Source: Eledone cirrhosa
Taxonomy: Eukaryota
Direction: 5' to 3'
Assembly: GCA_964016885.1 (NCBI GenBank)
Contig: OZ024743.1
Span: 130,138,001-130,202,000, forward strand
DNA: 64,000 nt
Shown: piece by piece, positions 23,801 to 35,900 of the stretch
Numbering within the stretch: position 1 is the stretch's first letter
How the letters are laid out: each line of letters begins with the position of its first letter
Position numbers and translations under genes: made by a program
Notes under the pieces: generated by a model
Database searches by the model: none
Seen by the model: the letters and a program-made list of their open reading frames with translations, nothing else
Told to the model about the DNA's origin: nothing

Positions 23801-26800
23801 GATGCTTGGTGCTTGGTGCTTGGTGCTTGGTGTTTTGTGTTTGGTGTTTGGTTTTTGGTGCTTGGTGCTTGGTGCTTGGTCCTTGGTGTTTGGTGCTGGG
23901 TGCTTTGTGTTTGGTGCTTGGTGTTTGGTGTTTGCTGCTTGGTGTTTGATGCTTGGTGCTTGGTGCTTGGTGCTTGGTGTTTTGTGTTTGGTGCTTGGTG
24001 CTTGGTGTTTGGTGCTTGGTGCTTGGTGTTTGTACTTGGTGCTTGGTGCTTGGTGTTTGGTTCTTGGTTCTTGGTGTTTGGTACTTGGTGCTTGGTGCTT
24101 GGTGCTTGGTGTTTCGTGTTTGGTGCTTGGTGTTTGGTGCTTGGTGCTTGGTGCTTGGTGCTTGGTGCTTGGTGTTTGGTGCTTGGTGTTTGGTGTTTGC
24201 TGTTTGGTGTTTGGTGTTTGGTGTTTGGTGTTTGCTGTTTGGTGTCTGCTTTTTGGTGTTTAGTGTTTGCTGTATGGTGTTTGCTGTTTCGTGTTTGGTG
24301 TTTGTTGTTTGGAGTTTGGTGTTTGGTGCTTGGTGTTTGGTGCTTGGTGCTTGGTGCTTGGTGTTTGGTGTTTGGTGCTTGGTGCTTGGTGTTTGGTGTT
24401 TGTTGTTTGGTGTTTGGTGTCTGGTGCTTGGTGTTTGGTGTTTGGTGCTTGGTGTTTGGTGTTCGGTGTTTGGTGCTTTGTGCTTGGTGTTTGGTGTTCG
24501 GTGTTCGGTGCTTAGTGTTTGGTGCTTGGTGTTTGGTGCTGGGTGCTTGGTGCTTGGTGTTTGGTGTTTGGTGCTTGGTGCTTGGTGTTTGGTGTTTGGT
24601 GTTATATGCTTGGTGTTCGATGCTTGGTGCTTGGTGCTTGGTGTTTGGTGCTTGGTGCTTGGTGTTTGTACTTGGTGCTTGGTGCTCGGTTCTTGGTGTT
24701 TGGTGCTTGGTGCTTGGTGTTTGGTGCTTGGTGCTTGGTGTTTGGTGCTTGGTGTTTGGTGCTTGGTGTTTGGTGCTTGGTGCTTGGTGCTTGGTGCTTG
24801 GTGTTTGGTGCTTGGTGTTTGGTGCTTGGTGTTAGGTGTTTGGTGCTTGGTGCTTGGTGTTTGGTGCTTGGTGTTTGGTGCTTGGTGTTTGGTGTTAGGT
24901 GTTTGATGCTTGGTGTTTGGTGTTTGGTGCTTGGTGTTTGGTGCTTGGTGCTTGGTGTTTGGTGTTTGGTGCTTGGTGTTTGGTGCTTGGTACTTGGTGC
25001 TTGGTGCTTGGTGTTAGGTGCTTGGTGCTTGGTGATTGGTTTTTGGTGCTTGGTGCTTGGTGTTTGGTGTTTGGTGCTTGCTGCTGGCTGCTTGGTGTTT
25101 GATGCTTGGTGATTGGTGCTTGGTGTTTGGTGCTTGGTGTTTGGTGTTTGGTGCTAGGTGCTTGGTGTTAGGTGTTTGGTGCTTGGTGCTTGGTGTTTGG
25201 TGTTTGGTGCTTGGTGTTTGGTGTTTGGTGTTTGGTGCTTGGTGTTTGGTGTTTGGTGCTTGGTGTTTGGTGCTTGGTATTTGGTACTTGGTGCTTGGTG
25301 TTAGGTGTTTGGTGCTTGGTGCTTGGTGTTTGGTTTTTGGTGCTTGGTGCTTGGTGTTTGGTGTTTGGTGCTTGCTGCTGGCTGCTTGGTGTTTGGTGCT
25401 TGGTGATTGGTGCTTGGTGTTTGGTGCTAGGTGCTTGGTGCTTGGTGTTTGGTGCTTGGTGCTTGGTGTTTGGTGCTTGGTGCTTGGTGTTTGGTGCTTG
25501 GTGCTTGGTCTTTGGGGCTTGGTGTTTGGTGTTTGGTGCTTGGTGCTTGGTGCTTGGTGTTTGGTGCTTGGTGCTTGGTGTTTAGTGCTTGGTGCTTAGT
25601 GTTTGGTGCTAGGTGCTTGGGGTTTGGTTCTTGGTTCTTGGTGTTAGGTATTTGCTGTTTGCTGTTTGGTGTTTGTTATTTGGTGTTTGTTGTTTGGTGT
25701 TTGCTGTTTGGTGTTTGGTGTTTGCTGTTTCGTGTCTGCTTTTTGGTGTTTGGTGTTTGCTGTATGTTGTTTGGTGTTTGGTGTTTGGTGTTTGGTGTTT
25801 GGTGCTTGGTGCTTGGTGCTTGGTGTTTGGTGCTTGGTGCTTGGTGTTTGGTGCCTGGTGCTTGGTGCTTGGTGTTTGGTGTTTGATGCTTGGTGCTTGG
25901 TGCTTGGTGCTTGGTGTTTTGTGTTTGGTGTTTGGTTTTTGGTGCTTGGTGCTTGGTGCTTGGTCCTTGGTGTTTGGTGCTGGGTGCTTTGTGTTTGGTG
26001 CTTGGTGTTTGGTGTTTGCTGCTTGGTGTTTGATGCTTGGTGCTTGGTGCTTGGTGTTTTGTGTTTGGTGCTTGGTGCTTGGTGTTTGGTGCTTGGTGCT
26101 TTGTGTTTGTACTTGGTGCTTGGTGCTTGGTGTTTGGTTCTTGGTTCTTGGTGTTTGGTACTTGGTGCTTGGTGCTTGGTGCTTGGTGTTTCGTGTTTGG
26201 TGCTTGGTGTTTGGTGCTTGGTGCTTGGTGCTTGGTGCTTGGTGCTTGGTGTTTGGTGCTTGGTGTTTGGTGTTTGCTGTTTGGTGTTTGGTGTTTGGTG
26301 TTTGGTGTTTGGTGTTTGCTGTTTGGTGTCTGCTTTTTGGTGTTTAGTGTTTGCTGTATGGTGTTTGCTGTTTCGTGTTTGGTGTTTGTTGTTTGGAGTT
26401 TGGTCTTTGGTGCTTGGTGTTTGGTGCTTGGTGCTTGGTGCTTGGTGTTTGGTGTTTGGTGCTTGGTGCTTGGTGTTTGGTGTTTGTTGTTTGGTGTTTG
26501 GTGTCTGGTGCTTGGTGTTTGGTGTTTGGTGCTTGGTGTTTGGTGTTCGGTGTTTGGTGCTTTGTGCTTGGTGTTTGGTGTTCGGTGTTCGGTGCTTAGT
26601 GTTTGGTGCTTGGTGTTTGGTGCTGGGTGCTTGGTGCTTGGTGTTTGGTGTTTGGTGCTTGGTGCTTGGTGTTTGGTGTTTGGTGTTATATGCTTGGTGT
26701 TTGATGCTTGGTGCTTGTTGCTTGGTGTTTGGTGTTTGGCGTTTGATGATTGGTGCTTGGTGCTTGGTGTTTGGTGCTTGGGGCTTGGTGTTTGTACTTG

Positions 26801-29800
26801 GTGCTTGGTGCTTGGTGCTTGGTGTTTGGTGCTTGGTGTTTGGTGCTTGGTGCTTGGTGCTTGGTGCTTGGTGTTTGGTGGTTGGTGTTTGGTGCTTGGT
26901 GTTAGGTGTTTGGTGCTTGGTGCTTGGTGTTTGGTGTTTGGTGCTTGGTGTTTGGTGTTTGGTGCTTGGTGTTTGGTGCTTGGTACTTGGTGCTTGGTGC
27001 TAGGTGTTTGGTGCTTGGAGCATGGTGCTTGGTGTTTGGTGCTTGGTGTTTGGTGCTTGGTGCTTGGTGCTTGGTGCTTGGTGTTTGGTGGTTGGTGTTT
27101 GGTGCTTGGTGTTAGGTGTTTGGTGCTTGGTGCTTGGTGTTTGGTGTTTGGTGCTTGGTGTTTGGTGTTTGGTGCTTGGTGTTTGGTGCTTTTTGCTTGG
27201 TGCTTGGTGCTTGGTGTTTGGTGCTTAGTGTTTGGTGCTGGGTGCTTGGTGCTTGGTGTTTGGTGTTTGGTGCTTGGTTCTTGGTGTTTGGTATTTGGTG
27301 TTATATGCTTGATGTTTGATCCTTGGTGTTGGTGCTTGGTGTTTGGTGTTTGGTGCTTGGTGTTTGATGCTTGGTGCTTGGTGCTTGGTGTTTGGTGCTT
27401 GGTGCTTGGTGTTTGGTGCTTGGTGCTTGGTGCTTGCTGTTTGGTGCTTGGTGTTTGGTGCTTGGTGCTTGGTGCTTGGTGCTTGCTGTTTGGTGGTTGA
27501 TGCTTGGTGCTTGGTGTTAGGTGTTTGGTGCTTGGTGCTTGGTGTTTGGTGTTTGGTGCTTGGTGTTTGGTGTTTGGTGCTTGGTGTTTGGTGCTTTGTA
27601 CTTGGTGCTTGGTGCTTGGTGTTAGGTGTTTGGTGCTTGGTGCTTGGTGTCTGGTTTTTGGTGCTTGGTGCTTGGTGTTTGGTGTTTGGTGCTTGCTGCT
27701 GGCTGCTTGGTGTTTGGTGCTTGGTGATTGCTGCTTGGTGTTTGGTGCTTGGTGTTTGGTGTTTGGTGCTAGGTGCTTGGTGTTTGGTGCTTGCTGCTTG
27801 GTGTTTGTACTTGGTGCTTGGTGTTTGGTTCTTGGTGTTTGGCGCTTGGTGCTTGGTGTTTGGTGCTTGGTGCTTGGTGTTTGGTGCTTGGTGATTGGTG
27901 CTTGGTGCTTGGTGCTTGGTGCTTGGTGTTTGGTGCTTGGTGTTTGGTGCTTGGTGTTAGGTGTTTGTTGCTTGGTGCTTGGTCTTTGGTGTTTGGTGCT
28001 GGGTGTTTGGTGTTTGGTGCTATATGCTTGGTGTTTGATGCTTGGTGCTTGGTGCTTGGTGTTTGGTGCTTGGTGTTTGATGCTTGGTGCTTGGTGCTTG
28101 GTGTTTGGTGCTTGGTGCTTGGTGTTTGTACTTGGTGCTTGGTGCTTGGTTCTTGGTGTTTGGTGATTGGTGCTTGGTGTTTGGTGCTTGGTGCTTAGTG
28201 TTTGGTGCTTGGTGCTTGGTGCTTGGTGTTTGGTGCTTGGTGCTTGGTGCTTGGTGCTTGGTGTTTGGTGCTTGGTGTTTGATGCTTGGTGTTTGGTGCT
28301 TGGTGCTTGGTGCTTGGTGTTTAGTGTTTGGTGGTTGGTGTTTGGTGTTTGGTGTTTGGTGTTTGGTGCTTGGTGTTTGGTGCTTGGTGCTTGGTGCTTG
28401 GTGTTTGGTGCTTGGTGTTTGGTGCTTGGTACTTGGTGCTTGGTGCTTGGTGTTAGGTGTTTGGTGCTTGGTGCTTGGTGTTTGGTTTTTGGTGCTTGGT
28501 GTTTGGTGTTTGGTGCTTGCTGCTGGCTGTTTGGTGTTTGATGCTTGGTGATTGGTGCTTGGTGTTTGGTGCTTGGTGTTTGGTATTTGGTGCTAGGTGC
28601 TTGGTGTTTGGTGCTTGGTGCTGGATTGTTGGTGTTTAGTGTTTGGTGTTTGGTGCTGGGTGCTTGGTGTTTGCTGCTTGGTGCTTGGTCTTTGGTGCTT
28701 GGTGTTTGGTGTTTGGTGCTTGGTGCTTGGTGCTTGGTGTTTGGTGCTTGGTGCTTGGTGTTTGGTGCTTGGTGTTTAGTGTTTGGTGCTTGGTGCTTAG
28801 TGTTTGGTGCTAGGTGCTTGGTGTTTGGTGCTTGGTGTTTAGGTGCCTGGTGCTTGGTGTTTGGTGTTTGGTGTTTGGTGCTTGCTGCTTGGTGTTTGGT
28901 GTTTGCTGTTTGCTGTTTGGTGTTTGTTGTTTGGTGTTTGTTGTTTGGTGTTTGCTGTTTGGTGTTTGGTGTTTGCTTTTTGGTGTTTAGTGTTTGCTGT
29001 ATGTTGTTTGCTGTTTGGTGCTTGGTGCTTGGTGTTTGGTGTTTGGTGCTTGGTGCTTGGTGCTTGGAGTTTGGTGTTTGGTGCTTGGTGCTTGGTGTTT
29101 TGTGTTTCGTGTTTGGTATTTGGTGCTTGGTGCTTGGTGCTTGGTCCTTGGTGTTTGGTGCTGGGTGCTTTGTGTTTGGTGCTTGGTGCTTGGTGCTTGG
29201 TGTTTGGTGTTTACTGCTTGGTGTTTGATGCTTGGTGCTTGGTGCTTGGTGTTTTGTGTTTGGTGCTTGGTGCTTGGTGTTTGGTGTTTGGTGCTTGGTG
29301 CTTGGTGCTTGGTGTTTGTACTTGGTGCTTGGTGCTTGGTGTTTGGTTCTTGGTTCTTGGTGTTTGGTGTTTGGCGTTTGGCGTTTGGTGCTTGGTGCTT
29401 GGTGTTTGGTGCCTGGTGCTTGGTGCTTGGTGCTTGGAGTTTGGTGTTTGGTGTTTGGTTTTTGGTGCTGGGTGCTTGGGCCTTGGTGTTTGGTGCTGGG
29501 TGCTTTGTGTTTGGTGCTTGGTGCTTGGTGTTTGGTGTTTGCTGCTTGGTGTTTGATGCTTGGTGCTTGGTGCTTGGTGTTTTGTGTTTGGTGCTTGGTT
29601 CTTGGTGTTTGGTGCTTGGTGCTTGGTGCTTGGTGTTTGGTGCTTGGTGCTTGGTGTTTGGTGCTTGGTGTTTGGTGCTTGGTGCTTGGTGTTTGGTGTT
29701 TGGTGCTTGGTGTTGGGTGCTTGGTACTTGGTGCTTGGTGCTTGGTGTTAGGTGTTTGGTGCTTGGTGCTTGGTGTCTGGTGTCTGGTTTTTGGTGCTTG

Positions 29801-32800
29801 GTGCTTGGTGTTTGGTGTTTGGTGCTTGCTGCTGGCTGCTTGGTGTTTGGTGCATGGTGATTGCTGCTTGGTGTTTGGTGCTTGGTGTTTGTACTTGGTG
29901 CTTGGTGCTTGGTTCTTGGTGTTTGCTGCTTGGTGCTTGGTGTTTGGTGCTTGGTGTTTGGTGTTTGGTGCTTGGTGTTTGGTGCTTGGTGTTTGGTGCT
30001 TGGTGCTTGGTGCTTGGTGTTTGGTGCTTGGTGTTTGGTGCTTGGTGTTAGGTGTTTGGTGCTTGGTGCTTGGTGTTTGCTGTTTGCTGTTTGGTGTTTG
30101 GTGTTTGGTGTTTGCTGTTTCGTGTCTACTTTTTGGTGTTTGGTTTTTTGCTGTATGTTGTTTGGTGTTTGGTGTTTGGTGCTTGGTGCTTGGTGTTTGT
30201 ACTTGATGCTTGGTGCTTGGTTCTTGGTGTTTGGTGCTTGGTGCTTGGTGTTTGGTGCTTGGTGTTTGGTGTTTGGTGCTTGGTGTTTGGTGCTTGGTGT
30301 TTGGTGCTTGGTGCTTGGTGCTTGGTGCTTGGTGTCTGGTGCTTGGTGTTTGGTGCTTGGTGTTCGATGCTTGGTGCTTGGTGCTTGGTGTTTGGTGCTT
30401 GGTGCTTGGTGTTTGTACTTGGTGCTTGGTGCTCGGTTCTTGGTGTTTGGTGCTTGGTGCTTGGTGTTTGGTGCTTGGTGCTTGGTGTTTGGTGCTTGGT
30501 GTTTGGTGCTTGGTGTTTGGTGCTTGGTGCTTGGTGCTTGGTGCTTGGTGCTTGTTGTTTGGTGCTTGGTGCTTGGTGCTTGGTGATTGGTGTTTGGTGC
30601 TTGCTGCTGGCTGCTTGGTGTTTGATGCTTGGTGATTGGTGCTTGGTGTTTGGTGCTTGGTGTTTGGTGTTTGGTGCTAGGTGCTTGGTGTTAGGTGTTT
30701 GGTGCTTGGTGCTTGGTGTTTGGTGTTTGGTGCTTGCTGTTTGGTGTTTGGTGTTTGGTGCTAGGTGTTTGGTGTTTGGTGCTTGGTGTTTGGTGCTTGG
30801 TATTTGGTACTTGGTGCTTGGTGTTAGGTGTTTAGTGCTTGGTGCTTGGTGTTTGGTTTTTGGTGCTTGGTGCTTGGTGTTTGGTGTTTGGTGCTTGCTG
30901 CTGGCTGCTTGGTGTTTGGTGCTTGGTGATTGGTGCTTGGTGTTTGGTGCTAGGTGCTTGGTGCTTGGTGTTTGGTGCTTGGTGCTTGGTGTTTGGTGCT
31001 TGGTGCTTGGTGTTTGGTGCTTGGTGCTTTGTGCTTGGTGTTTGGTGCTTGGTGCTTGGTGTTTAGTGCTTGGTGCTTAGTGTTTGGTGCTAGGTGCTTG
31101 GGGTTTGGTTCTTGGTTCTTGGTGTTAGGTATTTGCTGTTTGCTGTTTGGTGTTTGTTGTTTGGTGTTTGTTGTTTGGTGTTTGCTGTTTGGTGTTTGGT
31201 GTTTGCTGTTTCGTGTCTGCTTTTTGGTGTTTGGTGTTTGCTGTATGTTGTTTGGTGTTTGGTGTTTGGTGTTTGGTGTTTGGTGCTTGGTGCTTGGTGC
31301 TTGGTGCTTGCTGTTTGGTGCTTGGTGTTTGGTGCTTGGTGCTTGCTGTTAGGTGTTTGGTGTTTGGTTCTTGGTGCTTGGTGTTTGGTGTTTGGTGTCT
31401 GGTGCTTGGTGCTTGGTGCTTGGTGTTTGGTGCCTGGTGCTTGGTGCTTGGTGTTTGGTGTTTGATGCTTGGTGCTTGGTGCTTGGTGCTTGGTGTTTTG
31501 TGTTTGGGGTTTGGTTTTTGGTGCTTGGTGCTTGGTGCTTGGTCCTTGGTGTTTGGTGCTGGGTGCTTTGTGTTTGGTGCTTGGTGTTTGGTGTTTGCTG
31601 CTTGGTGTTTGATGCTTGGTGCTTGGTGCTTGGTGTTTTGTGTTTGGTGCTTGGTGCTTGGTGTTTGGTGCTTGGTGCTTGGTGTTTGTACTTGGTGCTT
31701 GGTGCTTGGTGTTTGGTTCTTGGTTCTTGGTGTTTGGTACTTGGTGCTTGGTGCTTGGTGCTTGGTGTTTCGTGTTTGGTGCTTGGTGTTTGGTGCTTGG
31801 TGCTTGGTGCTTGGTGCTTGGTGCTTGGTGTTTGGTGCTTGGTGTTTGGTGTTTGCTGTTTGGTGTTTGGTGTTTGCTGTTTGGTGTTTGCTGTTTGGTG
31901 TCTGCTTTTTGGTGTTTAGTGTTTGCTGTATGGTGTTTGCTGTTTCGTGTTTGGTGTTTGTTGTTTGGAGTTTGGTCTTTGGTGCTTGGTGTTTGGTGCT
32001 TGGTGCTTGGTGCTTGGTGTTTGGTGTTTGGTGCTTGGTGCTTGGTGTTTGGTGTTTGTTGTTTGGTGCTTGGTGTCTGGTGCTTGGTGTTTGGTGTTTG
32101 GTGCTTGGTGTTTGGTGTTCGGTGTTTGGTGCTTTGTGCTTGGTGTTTGGTGTTCGGTGTTTGGTGCTTGGTGTTTGGTGTTTGGTGCTTTTTGCTTGGT
32201 GCTTGGTACTTGGTGTTTGGTGCTTGGTGTTTGGTGCTGGGTGCTTGGTACTTGGTGTTTGGTGTTTGGTGCTTGGTGCTTGGTGTTTGGTGTTTGGTGT
32301 TATATGCTTGGTGTTTGATGCTTGGTGCTTGGTGCTTGGTGCTTGGTGTTTGGCGTTTGATGATTGGTGCTTGGTGTTTGGTGCTTGGTGCTTGGTGTTT
32401 GTACTTGGTGCTTGGTGCTTGGTGCTTGGTGTTTGGTGCTTGGTGTTTGGTGCTTGGTGCTTGGTGCTTGGTGCTTGGTGTTTGGTGGTTGGTGTTTGGT
32501 GCTTGGTGTTAGGTGTTTGGTGCTTGGTGCTTGGTGTTTCGTGTTTGGTGCTTGGTGTTTGGTGTTTGGTGCTTGGTGTTTGGTGCTTGGTACTTGGTGC
32601 TTGGTGCTAGGTGTTTGGTGCTTGGAGCATGGTGCTTGGTGTTTGGTGTTTGGTGCTTGGTGTTTGGTGCTTGGTGCTTGGTGCTTGGTGCTTGGTGTTT
32701 GGTGGTTGGTGTTTGGTGCTTGGTGTTAGGTGTTTGGTGCTTGGTGCTTGGTGCTTGGTGCTTGGTTTTTGGTGTTTGGTGCTTGGTGTTTGATGCTTGG

Positions 32801-35800
32801 TGCTTGGTGCTTGGTGTTTGGTGCTTGGTGCTTGGTGTTTGGTGCTTGGTGCTTGGTGCTTGCTGTTTGGTGCTTGGTGTTTGGTGCTTGGTGCTTGGTG
32901 CTTGGTGCTTGCTGTTTGGTGGTTGGTGCTTGGTGCTTGGTGTTAGGTGTTTGGTGCTTGGTGCTTGGTGTTTGGTGTTTGGTGCTTGGTGTTTGGTGTT
33001 TGGTGTTTGGTGTTTGGTGTTTGGTGCTTGGTGCTTGGTGCTTGGTGCTTGCTGTTTGGTGCTTGGTGTTTGGTGCTTGGTGCTTGCTGTTAGGTGTTTG
33101 GTGTTTGGTTCTTGGTGCTTGGTGTTTGGTGTTTGGTGTCTGGTGCTTGGTGCTTGGTGCTTGGTGTTTGGTGCCTGGTGCTTGGTGCTTGGTGTTTGGT
33201 GTTTGATGCTTGGTGCTTGGTGCTTGGTGCTTGGTGTTTTGTGTTTGGGGTTTGGTTTTTGGTGCTTGGTGCTTGGTGCTTGGTCCTTGGTGTTTGGTGC
33301 TGGGTGCTTTGTGTTTGGTGCTTGGTGTTTGGTGTTTGCTGCTTGGTGTTTGATGCTTGGTGCTTGGTGCTTGGTGTTTTGTGTTTGGTGCTTGGTGCTT
33401 GGTGTTTGGTGCTTGGTGCTTGGTGTTTGTACTTGGTGCTTGGTGCTTGGTGTTTGGTTCTTGGTTCTTGGTGTTTGGTACTTGGTGCTTGGTGCTTGGT
33501 GCTTGGTGTTTCGTGTTTGGTGTTTGGTGCTTGGTGTTAGGTGTTTGGTGCTTGGTGCTTGGTGCTTGGTGCTTGGTGTTTGGTGTTTGGTGCTTGGTGT
33601 TTGATGCTTGTTGCTTGGTGCTTGGTGTTTGGTGCTTGGTGCTTGGTGTTTGGTGCTTGGTGCTTGGTGCTTGCTGTTTGGTGCTTGGTGTTTGGTGCTT
33701 GGTGCTTGGTGCTTGGTGCTTGCTGTTTGGTGGTTGGTGCTTGGTGCTTGGTGTTAGGTGTTTGGTGCTTGGTGCTTGGTGTTTGGTGTTTGGTGCTTGG
33801 TGTTTGGTGTTTGGTGCTTGGTGTTTGGTGCTTGGTACTTGGTGCTTGGTGCTTGGTGTTAGGTGTTTGGTGCTTGGTGCTTGGTGTCTGGTTTTTGGTG
33901 CTTGGTGCTTGGTGTTTGGTGTTTGGTGCTTGCTGCTGGCTGCTTGGTGTTTGGTGCTTGGTGATTGCTGCTTGGTGTTTGGTGCTTGGTGTTTGGTGTT
34001 TGGTGCTAGGTGCTTGGTGTTTGGTGCTTGCTGCTTGGTGTTTGTACTTGGTGCTTGGTGCTTGGTTCTTGGTGTTTGGTGCTTGGTGCTTGGTGTTTGG
34101 TGCTTGGTGCTTGGTGTTTGGTGCTTGGTGATTGGTGCTTGGTGCTTGGTGCTTGGTGCTTGGTGTTTGGTGCTTGGTGTTTGGTGCTTGGTGTTAGGTG
34201 TTTGTTGCTTGGTGCTTGGTCTTTGGTGTTTGGTGCTTGGTGTTTGGTGTTTGGTGTTATATGCTTGGTGTTTGATGCTTGGTGCTTGGTGCTTGGTGTT
34301 TGGTGCTTGGTGTTTGATGCTTGGTGCTTGGTGCTTGGTGTTTGGTGCTTGGTGCTTGGTGTTTGTACTTGGTGCTTGGTGCTTGGTTCTTGGTGTTTGG
34401 TGCTTGGTGCTTGGTGTTTGGTGCTTGGTGCTTGGTGTTTGGTGCTTGGTGTTTGGTGCTTGGTGTTTGGTGCTTGGTGCTTGGTGCTTGGTGCTTGGTG
34501 TTTGGTGCTCGGTGTTTGGTGCTTGGTGTTTGGTGCTTGGTGCTTGGTGCTTGGTGTTTGGTGTTTGGTGGTTGGTGTTTGGTGTTTGGTGTTAGGTGTT
34601 TGGTGCTTGGTGTTTGGTGTTTGGTGCTTGGTGTTTGGTGCTTGGTGCCTGGTGTTTGGTGTTTGGTGCTTGGTGTTTGGTGCTTGGTACTTGGTGCTTG
34701 GTGCTTGGTGTTAGGTGTTTGGTGCCTGGTGCTTGGTGTTTGGTTTTTGGTGCTTGGTGTTTGGTGTTTGGTGCTTGCTGCTGGCTGCTTGGTGTTTGAT
34801 GCTTGGTGATTGGTGCTTGGTGTTTGGTGCTTGGTGTTTGGTGTTTGGTGCTAGGTGCTTGGCGTTTGGTGCTTGGTGCTGGGTGGTTGGTGTTTAGTGT
34901 TTGGTGTTTGGTGCTGGGTGCTTGGTATTTGCTGCTTGGTGCTTGGTCTTTGGTGCTTGGTGCTTGGTGTTTGGTGCTTGGTGCTTGGTGCTTCGTGTTT
35001 GGTGCTTGGTGCTTGGTGTTTGGTGCTTGGTGTTTAGTGTTTGGTGCTTGGTGCTTAGTGTTTGGTGCTAGGTGCTTGGTGTTTGGTGCTTGGTGTTTAG
35101 GTGCCTGGTGCTTGGTGTTTGGTGTTTGGTGTTTGGTGCTTGGTGCTTGGTGTTTGGTGTTTGCTGTTTGCTGTTTGGTGTTTGTTGTTTGGTGTTTGTT
35201 GTTTGCTGTTTGCTGTTTGGTGTTTGGTGTTTGCTTTTTGGTGTTTAGTGTTTGCTGTATGTTGTTTGCTGTTTGGTGTTTGGTGTTTGGTGTTTGGTGT
35301 TTGGTGCTTGTTCCTTGGTGTTTGGTGCTTGGTGTTTGGTGCCTGGTGCTTGGTGCTTGGTGCTTGGTGTTTGGTGTTTGGTGCTTGGTGCTTGGTGCTT
35401 GGAGTTTGGTGTTTGGTGCTTGGTGCTTGGTGTTTTGTGTTTCGTGTTTGGTTTTTGGTGCTTGGTGCTTGGTGCTTGGTCCTTGGTGTTTGGTGCTGGG
35501 TGCTTTGTGTTTGGTGCTTGGTGCTTGGTGCTTGGTGTTTGGTGTTTGCTGCTTGGTGTTTGATGCTTGGTGCTTGGTGCTTGGTGTTTTGTGTTTGGTG
35601 CTTGGTGCTTGGTGTTTGGTGTTTGGCGTTTGGTGTTTGGTGCTTGGTGCTTGGTGTTTGGTGCCTGGTGCTTGGTGCTTGGTGCTTGGAGTTTGATGTT
35701 TGGTGTTTGGTTTTTGGTGCTGGGTGCTTGGGCCTTGGTGTTTGGTGCTGGGTGCTTTGTGTTTGGTGCTTGGTGCTTGGTGTTTGGTGTTTGCTGCTTG

Positions 35801-35900
35801 GTGTTTGATGCTTGGTGCTTGGTGCTTGGTGTTTTGTGTTTGGTGCTTGGTTCTTGGTGTTTGGTGCTTGGTGCTTGGTGCTTGGTGTTTGTACTTGGTG
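14820..35900 (+). repeat. Satellite domain IIa: mosaic HOR region with a different variant vocabulary
   Basis: New markers become frequent: 6-nt TTGTAC, GTTAGGTG, TTGCTGCTGGCTGC, TATATGC, CTGTATGTTG, GTCTGCTTTTTGG, GGTCCTTGG. ORF offsets include 22337/30210 (7873), 27004/32611 (5607), 27773/34010 (6237) and 28545/34803 (6258). Confidence 0.8.
22490..26700 (+). repeat. Tandem duplication of ~2.1 kb (offset 2126 bp, then 2084 bp after a 42-bp deletion)
   Basis: TCGATGC at 22491 and 24617. ORF pairs 22773/24899 and 22910/25036 are offset 2126; 23529/25613 and 24267/26351 are offset 2084. Confidence 0.88.
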
